Shown: positions 15,446 to 22,782 of the stretch, piece after piece
How positions within the stretch are numbered: the stretch's first letter is position 1
How the letters are laid out: each line of letters opens with the position of its first letter
Virus record (IMG/VR): IMGVR_UViG_3300020044_001744
Location: 1-24,673 of that record
Reading direction: 5' to 3' (one strand)
Length of the DNA stretch: 24,673 bases
Origin: a virus
Taxonomy: Duplodnaviria; Caudoviricetes
Program-made: the position numbers and the translations under genes
The notes under the pieces: generated by a model
What the model saw: only the letters and a program-made list of their open reading frames with translations
What the model was told of the DNA's origin: nothing
The model's database searches: none

Positions 15446-17281
15446 TTATGAACCAATTTTCGTTACTGTAACACCTTCAGGCTTCTTTGCGGGCACTGCA
15501 TCGGGCAGCCCTGAGCCTTCCGTGCCACCGCGACGTTCTTTAGCAATAGCGTCTTCCATCATGGTCATTTGTCGTTTAAACAATGGAGAGTTAGGGTCTA
15601 AGAATTTCATGGTTGTAGCGTATTTGGCTCGGATGTCAGAAATACGTTTTTCAGTGGCCGCATCGTTTTTGCCTTCAGCCACACCCGCTTGACCCGCATA
15701 CGTAGCAATAGCGGCACGTTTAATTGCCTCCTCTATTGAAATTGTTGGGTTGTCCTTCTTAATAAGGAGGGCACGTCCAAGCAGATCATCACGGTTACCG
15801 GCAGATGCGCTAATGCCTGCCTTCTTGAGGTCGTTTAAACGGTTCTTTTCATTCTCAAGCGCCGTTTGGATAAGCTCACGCTCTTTATCCTCAGACAAGC
15901 CAAGGGACTGAGCAATCGCTTTCTTATCTGTGATGATGCGATTTTTCTCAGCCTGAGTAAGTTCAAACATACCTTTCTTCTCGGCAAACAAAGCATCAGA
16001 CTTCTTAGCACCCAACTCAAGGATCTTGTCCATAAGAGCGTTCTCTTGCTCTTCAAGAGTCAAACGTTTCTTTTTCTGCAATGCACCCGCTCTAGAACCT
16101 GCGTCATACCAAGTTGTGCCGCCTGCTTCGGCGATGTTGTCAAGGTAATCCATCAAGCCTTCAAAGCCGGACTTAGGCGCTCTTTGTTGCGCTATCTTCT
16201 GTTTACGAGCCTCAAGCTCTGCGGCAGTCCTGTCATAGATAGACAGGTCACGAGCGCCAACCTCTTTGTCGTACAGCGCCTTTAGATCAGCCATAGCTTT
16301 GGCAGGATCTTCTTTAAGACGGTCACGCTCATAGGCGCGGCCTACGCCCATAGAAGGAATGCCGGCCAACTCTTTCAAGCCGCCGGGCATTGGTGCGCTA
16401 TCAGCGTTTACACGAGTAGTTGCTTGCGTTTGTTGTGTTGTAGATGGTCTAGGTGGTTTAGGTGCTGAAACATTTGTAGGCGCAACAGCTTCTGCACTAG
16501 GCGTAGCCGCCAAGTTAAACAGTTTGTTAGTCTCCATTGCATCCGCCTGAGCGTTAGGCGTGTATGAAGATTTCCCAGCGTTTACTTCTTGTGCAGCGTT
16601 AACATCCTTGGTCTTTTCCATAAAGGCCACAGGATCCGCTTGGAATGCGGGGTTCTTTACAACGGTAGGGTTTTCCCCAATAAATGAGCGCAAAGCACTC
16701 TTTTTGTCATAGTCCTCTGAACCCTTGGTGAAGTAACCAATAGGAGCACCTTCTTGTTGGATACGCTGTTGCAACAGACGGGCGGCTTTCTCTTCTTCGG
16801 TCTCTGTAAACGCACCTTTTAGCTTTTCCGCAAATGCACCGATATCTTTGACAAAAGAACTCTTTGTACCGTCAAAGCCAATGATTCCACCTTCAGCATA
16901 AGCTTCACCCACGTTAGTGGATAAAGCGTCAATGCCTTGGGGTTGCTCTTTAGGCTGTGGTGTGCCATCGGGCAGGATAGGAGGCTTCTGCTGTAAACGC
17001 TGTTGTTCACGAGCCATCTGCATCATACGAGCCTGCAAAGCTTGCTGTGCAAGTTGCTGAGTGCTCTGCGCCACGGTAGGCATGTTTGTAGGAATCTGTA
17101 GGGCTTGTTGAATGCCCATAGCTTCTTTGCCCTCCGCTATGTCGTTTAAAGCCATCAACTGACGCAGATCTTTGGGGATCCCGCCATTCTGCTTCTTGTC
17201 TTGGTCTACCTTACGAGCCAGCGGCGCAGGCTGCGTTGCATACGTAGACGCAATTTGATTAACGGACGGTTGTGTAAACAT
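15446..17281 (-). CDS. putative internal virion / DNA ejection protein
   Basis: 611 aa, Ala/Gln/Lys-rich and helical, with YAEGGII motif. Lies between the pilot-like gene and the giant protein. AAGGA upstream. Confidence 0.7.
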   Translation of the reverse strand: MFTQPSVNQIASTYATQPAPLARKVDQDKKQNGGIPKDLRQLMALNDIAEGKEAMGIQQALQIPTNMPTVAQSTQQLAQQALQARMMQMAREQQRLQQKPPILPDGTPQPKEQPQGIDALSTNVGEAYAEGGIIGFDGTKSSFVKDIGAFAEKLKGAFTETEEEKAARLLQQRIQQEGAPIGYFTKGSEDYDKKSALRSFIGENPTVVKNPAFQADPVAFMEKTKDVNAAQEVNAGKSSYTPNAQADAMETNKLFNLAATPSAEAVAPTNVSAPKPPRPSTTQQTQATTRVNADSAPMPGGLKELAGIPSMGVGRAYERDRLKEDPAKAMADLKALYDKEVGARDLSIYDRTAAELEARKQKIAQQRAPKSGFEGLMDYLDNIAEAGGTTWYDAGSRAGALQKKKRLTLEEQENALMDKILELGAKKSDALFAEKKGMFELTQAEKNRIITDKKAIAQSLGLSEDKERELIQTALENEKNRLNDLKKAGISASAGNRDDLLGRALLIKKDNPTISIEEAIKRAAIATYAGQAGVAEGKNDAATEKRISDIRAKYATTMKFLDPNSPLFKRQMTMMEDAIAKERRGGTEGSGLPDAVPAKKPEGVTVTKIGS

Positions 17282-17291
17282 TTAGATGTCC

Positions 17292-19922
17292 TTAAGCGGG
17301 AGTTTTAATGCCAAGTGCCGCCAACAATTCATTGACCGTTCTTGCACCTTTAGCGGCTGCTACGATTGCGCTCTCTGAGCCTGTGTTATACGCCTGAGAA
17401 GCCAATGGCATACCCTGCAACAAAGATTGTTGGAATTGCAACATCTTATATGGGTTAGCACGGGCTTCTTCAAACTGCGCTCTGTCGGCTGCAATGCCTT
17501 CAGACTCAATGCCACGCTCTGCTGTACCGGCGGCAAGTTGTTGAGCCAAGTTTGCCAAACCAACTTGGTTTTGTTGTACGCCTAAGCCGCCTTGAGTAGT
17601 TGCTGCTTGCAAACCGGTGTTTAAACCTTGAAGTCCGTAGTTTGCGCCAAACTGCGCTTCTTGCGCCTTACGGGCTTGGTCTGCGTTGAACTGCGCCATA
17701 GCATTGGTAAACGCTGTGTCGTAGCCTTTGCCTGTGATTCCGGCCTGTACATCAGCCAAATTGCGCTGTGTTTCCGTGTCCATGATGGCTTGACGGCCAC
17801 CGCCATAAGCGCCAGCCTTGGTCATTTGGCCTGCGTTTTGTTGTTGCGTAATTTCAGATTGACGACGAGCGGCCTCCAACTGTGGAGTCAATATCTTGTC
17901 AAGATACGGATTCATGTAGTTGGTAAGCTGCGTAGAATCAAACGATGTTGTTGTTGGGGTGTAAGCTAAATCTTTAGCTTTGGTAGCAATACTGCCAGCC
18001 GTAGTGGCCGCATTACCAATACTTGCAGGGGTAGACAAGTTGGTGGCGTTGGTAAACGCAGACGCAAGGAGGGGAGTTGTGCCCGCAGTCAAATCACCTG
18101 TGTACGCCTGATACGGCATTTGAGCCAAAGCTTGGCCTTGACCAAGCATGTTGGTTACATATGGGCCTGCCCAATTAGAAAGGTTGGACTCTGTACCTGT
18201 AATGCCCAAACCCGCAAGCTTGCTGGCTGAAGTCGTACCACCCTCTTGAAAATGCTTTACCTTACCACCAGCCGCATAAGCCGCCGCCAAACCACCGGGC
18301 ATAAACTTGTCGGGGTTGATCTTCTTGCCTTGCTTCTTGTTGCCTGTACGTGCCATACGGATTTTGTCCATCATTTGGTAGAGCTTCTTCGCACCGGCAT
18401 CAGAGTTGCCGTTACCCATGTGGGATACTACATCCGCAGGAATAACAAATTCTCCGTGGCTTAAAGCTGCGGGTTGATCTGCCCCAATCCTAGCGGGCAG
18501 TTCATCTGCCATGCCGTCTGTCCCGCCTTGCAAGTAACGGCCTTTAGCCATTCCGCCTTCAGCCAACCCATCACCACCACCAGCATAATAGAAATCTTCA
18601 ATCAACCCTAAATTTTGCAAAGAATCAGCTTGAGGGTACAGCATCTCCATGCCTGCGCCCGCATCCCAATAGGAGAAGGGGTTGTCAGCAGAGGGCGTGT
18701 TTACGGCGGCATTGTTGACGACGTTATTAGCCGCAGCGTTGTTGGTCGCGGTATTGTTAGCCACCAAGTTGGTTAAACCTACATTTGCATTGTTGCTAGT
18801 TGCCAAGTTTGCAGCGTCAGCACCGGTTTTAAGCTCTGCAAGTTGACTAGCGGTTTTTGACGCATTAGCGGTGTTTTGATCCGCAATCGAGGCAGTCACA
18901 CTTTTACCAAAATCCAAGCCGGTAATGCCCGCATTAGATGTTTTGGCTGTATTGGTGTTTGCAGTGTTGGCTGTATTTGCCGTATTGGATTTGTTGGCTG
19001 CATTCATCTCCGCTATGGCAGCTAAATTTTCTGGTGAACCCGGAGTATTAACTTTGGTGTAATTACTTGTGGGTATACCGGATGTTTTTTCATAGTTTGC
19101 AATCCACTCGGGGGTTGGAGTGTGGCCGCTATCTTTCGCTACTCTTCGCACCTCGTCACTCCCGCCATATTTGTTCATGTCTGCCGATTTTGCGCCGCCC
19201 GTATGGGATTGATACATTAAAAAGTTGGCAATCTGTGGTGTCAGACCAAACTTATTAACGGGCGTAGTGCTACCGGCATAGGTTTTTTTTAAGTTGGTAG
19301 TGTCAACTGCAGTGTTCCCTGTGTTGCCCGTATTTCCCGTATTTCCTGTATTTCCCGTAACTGCCGTATTTGAGCCGGTAGTTCCGGTGTTTTGAGTGTT
19401 TAAAGCAGCAAGGCCCGCAGCACGAGCGTCCTCAATAGCTTTAAGCTCATCTACTTCTTTTTTGGTGTTGAAGTACGTTACATCGCCACCGTAGTTAATG
19501 CCTTGGCCGCCAGCACGACGGGGCTTGCCGCCAATCATTTTAGGAGGTGCGGTAATCATGTTGCGACCGGCGTACAGCGTTGGAATACCGCCTTGGTAGC
19601 CTGCGCCGGAACCGCCTTGATTGCCTTGGTTTGCATTAAACGCAGCTACTGTACCGCCAAGCAATGTTGCAATTTTGCGGAAGTCTAAAGCGCCATTGGT
19701 GGTGTAAAGATTCTTAGCAAACCCTGCCAACTTGTCCATCAAGCCGGGATCAGAACTATAGCTGTAAGCATCTGGCATCACATAGTTGTTGGATGTATTG
19801 CCTGCCGGGTTGTTAAAAGCATCGCTCTCAAGCGTCAAGTAGTCAGTATTTAGATTGGTCAGACCTGACGTATCGCCGCTATTGCCGGGATTATATTCAC
19901 CAAAATTTAAATCAACAGACAT
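17292..19922 (-). CDS. putative internal virion / pilot-like protein
   Basis: 876 aa. Asn/Thr/Ala-rich low-complexity N-terminal half. Central DGMADELPA...LSHGEFVIPADVV domain. C-terminal Gln/Ala/Gly-rich region with YMNPY and AGAYGGGRQAI. Confidence 0.72.
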   Translation of the reverse strand: MSVDLNFGEYNPGNSGDTSGLTNLNTDYLTLESDAFNNPAGNTSNNYVMPDAYSYSSDPGLMDKLAGFAKNLYTTNGALDFRKIATLLGGTVAAFNANQGNQGGSGAGYQGGIPTLYAGRNMITAPPKMIGGKPRRAGGQGINYGGDVTYFNTKKEVDELKAIEDARAAGLAALNTQNTGTTGSNTAVTGNTGNTGNTGNTGNTAVDTTNLKKTYAGSTTPVNKFGLTPQIANFLMYQSHTGGAKSADMNKYGGSDEVRRVAKDSGHTPTPEWIANYEKTSGIPTSNYTKVNTPGSPENLAAIAEMNAANKSNTANTANTANTNTAKTSNAGITGLDFGKSVTASIADQNTANASKTASQLAELKTGADAANLATSNNANVGLTNLVANNTATNNAAANNVVNNAAVNTPSADNPFSYWDAGAGMEMLYPQADSLQNLGLIEDFYYAGGGDGLAEGGMAKGRYLQGGTDGMADELPARIGADQPAALSHGEFVIPADVVSHMGNGNSDAGAKKLYQMMDKIRMARTGNKKQGKKINPDKFMPGGLAAAYAAGGKVKHFQEGGTTSASKLAGLGITGTESNLSNWAGPYVTNMLGQGQALAQMPYQAYTGDLTAGTTPLLASAFTNATNLSTPASIGNAATTAGSIATKAKDLAYTPTTTSFDSTQLTNYMNPYLDKILTPQLEAARRQSEITQQQNAGQMTKAGAYGGGRQAIMDTETQRNLADVQAGITGKGYDTAFTNAMAQFNADQARKAQEAQFGANYGLQGLNTGLQAATTQGGLGVQQNQVGLANLAQQLAAGTAERGIESEGIAADRAQFEEARANPYKMLQFQQSLLQGMPLASQAYNTGSESAIVAAAKGARTVNELLAALGIKTPA
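19309..19390 (-). repeat. 9-bp tandem repeat encoding (GNT)4 with flanking NTAV
   Basis: Degenerate CCCGTATTT/CCTGTATTT/CCCGTGTTG-type units. Protein NTAVTGNTGNTGNTGNTAV. Confidence 0.8.
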
Positions 19923-19924
19923 CT

Positions 19925-22531
19925 TTAACCCCTTAATAATCGTGCAAGGGCATCTATATCAGCAGATGCCAAGTTTTTAGGTGCTCCAAGATCACGTAGC
20001 TTGTAAGCGATATCCCCGCCAAACAACTCTTCCATCAATTTTATATTGGCATACGGGTCTTGGCTAGGGGCATTTTGCCCCTGAGCCGCAGTTTGTTCTG
20101 CGGTTTTCTTCTTGATAGGCACACAGCTTTTGCCGTCTGCGCTTAATTCAAAGCCTTCGGTGCATTTGATAGGGCCGGTGGTCTTAACAATCGGGACGCA
20201 AGACTTGCCGTCGGCACTGAGTTTAAACCCTTCACCGCATTTGATTGGCGGAGGTTTAGTGGTTGTTGGCAGGACACATTGACCGGTTTCTGCGTCACGG
20301 ACATACCCTTCGGGGCAGTCTTTCTTTGTATCATCATCAACTTTGATGTCGTCGTCTTTTTTGTCTTTAATAATAAGCTCGTCTATCTCATCGTCTTTTT
20401 TCTCATCGTCTTTGTCGTCTTTTTTGGTGGTGTCTAGCTCGCCAATAGTGCCCTTGATGCGATTCCCCGTAATATCTAAGCTGTCAATATTGTCGCCCTT
20501 GACGGTTTTGTCGCCAACAAAGGAGTCGCCAAAGTTAGAGTTAAACATGGCAAACAAATCATCGTTTGTTAATTTGCTTGCGTTTAAATCGCCGGTATTT
20601 TTAATGCCTTTGTATTTTAAAAGGTCTGCCAACTCATCATCAAATGTGCTGGGTGTACCCTGTGCAATCTTGTCCAAGTCGCCTTGGTTTTGATAGAACA
20701 TGGCAATATCGTCTGCAAAATTGTTTGCGTCAAACTTTTGCACAAAATCGTCTTTGACAACCCAAACCCCTTTACCCGGAAGGATGGAGTAGTCTATATA
20801 AGAACCCATCGGCTTGGTCTCTTTAAGAAACTTGCCTTCTGAGTCATAAACCTCTTTAACATCATCGGCCACACTAAGCAAACGCAGACCGGCAGGCGGT
20901 GTAAAACCAGCAGGTACAGATTCTTGAAACAAAGGAACTCCGGCAACGTCTATTGAATATGGGCCAGCAACCTGAGTGCCGCCCGGCAGTTGGAAGTCAT
21001 CATCCGTGCCAGCATCTGCAACTTTAGTGCCTTTGCTTGTGTTTTTCATTGCCTGCGTAGCGGCAGAGAATGCAGCACTGATTGCCTCGTTAGGGGAAAG
21101 CTTTCCATCATTCAATGTAGACGACACAATGTTGGTGACAAACTTCTTCTCTGTAGCGTTTAAACCATCAAAGCCGGGAATCTCACCAAGGACTGCGGTT
21201 GTTGCTGCCCCCACACCTTGATTAATAAGAAGGCTACCAAGGTCTGCATTGCCTCCACCAGCAACATACGACCCCGCAGTTTTGCCAATAATATCTGACC
21301 CCGTCTTGCCAAACACATCTTTAATGTCTTTGGCAAAGTTTGCACCGGTCTCGCCAAACAAGTTTGTATCCACGCCTGTGTCAGTCAAGCCCTTAAACGC
21401 TTCTTGACCAAGTTGAGACAAAACGTATGACTTGAAAACATCTTTTGCGTCTTTGCCCATTGCTACGTTTAAAGCGGCATTACCTGCTGGGCCACCAATC
21501 CAAGTTGCGCCAATCTGTGCAATGGCGTTAAGTATGGGGTCGTTCCCTAGCAAGTTAACAAGATCGTTAGAAGAATGGCCGGTAGTATAAAAATAAGGAT
21601 TTCCCTTGTCGTCAAAATGAACGCGGTAAGCAGTGTTGCCTTTGCCCGAAGTTGTTCCTGACCAAATATTTTCAGACCCGCTTTTGTCGTAATCGCCAAG
21701 CAGAGTTTGTCCGGTAGTTTTATTGCCAATAATTTTTTGAATGCCTGTTGGCGCTGTGTAAGCAGTTTCAGCTGTACCCGCATCACCGCCAGAATATACA
21801 GTGCCCTGTGTAACTAATTTAGCATCAACAGGATTGCCTTTGGAGTCTTTGTACCCTACGATACGCGCCTCTATAACAGGGCCGTTTTCATCGTACCCAC
21901 CTGTATTCACGTATTCAACTATCGGCGTAACAGCCTCATCAACTGTTTTATCAACCAAACCAACTTCTGTAATATCTTTAACGCCGGAGGCATACAAATT
22001 TTCGGCCATAGCGCGAGCATTAGCTTGGGCAGAACCCCAGCCTTCACCCGTCCACTTAGATGTGGTGTTTTGAGCCAAAATTTGTTGCGTCAGTTTGTCT
22101 ACAATTGTGGTATCTAAACTGTAATCTTTACCTTGAAATTGCTTTGTATAAAAATTTAAAGGGTCTGTGGTAGGGGAAGTTGGGCCTGCAACTACGCCTT
22201 TATTTGCCTCGCCAACTACTCCTGCGTTAGTAGATGGCGGCGCAAAACCCGCAAGTCCGGTCAAATAGTCCCAATTTTTATCAGTTTGTTTTCCATATTG
22301 AGTGTCTGCTGCAGTACGAATCTGCGCATCATTGAAGCCTGAACTCCGCTTATCTGCGTATAGCTTGGCAAGATCTGTTTCCGACATGCCGGTAATGTTT
22401 TTGGGCAAGTCAATAACGGGTGCAGCCGTGTTTTTATATTGATAAGCTTGCATTAACTTATCAAAGTCAGATACTTCTTCTGTCTTCTGATAGCTTTGCA
22501 TTAGCTTTTCAAATTCTGTTGGCTCTGCCAT
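19925..22531 (-). CDS. putative virion structural protein with C-terminal Cys-loop repeats
   Basis: 868 aa within the virion operon. Gly/Ala-rich middle, Asp/Lys tract and three C-x-EG[YF]-x8-C repeats. Confidence 0.75.
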   Translation of the reverse strand: MAEPTEFEKLMQSYQKTEEVSDFDKLMQAYQYKNTAAPVIDLPKNITGMSETDLAKLYADKRSSGFNDAQIRTAADTQYGKQTDKNWDYLTGLAGFAPPSTNAGVVGEANKGVVAGPTSPTTDPLNFYTKQFQGKDYSLDTTIVDKLTQQILAQNTTSKWTGEGWGSAQANARAMAENLYASGVKDITEVGLVDKTVDEAVTPIVEYVNTGGYDENGPVIEARIVGYKDSKGNPVDAKLVTQGTVYSGGDAGTAETAYTAPTGIQKIIGNKTTGQTLLGDYDKSGSENIWSGTTSGKGNTAYRVHFDDKGNPYFYTTGHSSNDLVNLLGNDPILNAIAQIGATWIGGPAGNAALNVAMGKDAKDVFKSYVLSQLGQEAFKGLTDTGVDTNLFGETGANFAKDIKDVFGKTGSDIIGKTAGSYVAGGGNADLGSLLINQGVGAATTAVLGEIPGFDGLNATEKKFVTNIVSSTLNDGKLSPNEAISAAFSAATQAMKNTSKGTKVADAGTDDDFQLPGGTQVAGPYSIDVAGVPLFQESVPAGFTPPAGLRLLSVADDVKEVYDSEGKFLKETKPMGSYIDYSILPGKGVWVVKDDFVQKFDANNFADDIAMFYQNQGDLDKIAQGTPSTFDDELADLLKYKGIKNTGDLNASKLTNDDLFAMFNSNFGDSFVGDKTVKGDNIDSLDITGNRIKGTIGELDTTKKDDKDDEKKDDEIDELIIKDKKDDDIKVDDDTKKDCPEGYVRDAETGQCVLPTTTKPPPIKCGEGFKLSADGKSCVPIVKTTGPIKCTEGFELSADGKSCVPIKKKTAEQTAAQGQNAPSQDPYANIKLMEELFGGDIAYKLRDLGAPKNLASADIDALARLLRG
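20113..20317 (-). repeat. three Cys-loop peptide repeats (75-78 nt period)
   Basis: CPEGYVRDAETGQC, CGEGFKLSADGKSC and CTEGFELSADGKSC. Confidence 0.85.
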
Positions 22532-22533
22532 GT

Positions 22534-22782
22534 TTAAACCTTGATCTTTAAGCGGTTGTCGGCAGTGTCTCTGTACACTTCGCCCACACGCAGATTAGCC
22601 AAATCAGCTTGTGTTGGCAAGGTATCAATGTTGATATTTAACTGCGCAATATTGATTGGTTGAATAGCGTTTAAACGTTGAAAGAACAAGTTCAACACAT
22701 TCAACATTTGGCCCATGTAAGCTGCGTCATACTCTGGCGGTGGAGCCGGTAGGCGCGGTGGAGCTTCTTGCATAAAACTCAT
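22534..22782 (-). CDS. small putative tail-associated protein
   Basis: 82 aa, PPRLPAPPPEYD...LNLFFQRLN...GEVYRD...LKIK. ATGA-coupled to the upstream tail gene. Confidence 0.75.
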   Translation of the reverse strand: MSFMQEAPPRLPAPPPEYDAAYMGQMLNVLNLFFQRLNAIQPINIAQLNINIDTLPTQADLANLRVGEVYRDTADNRLKIKV

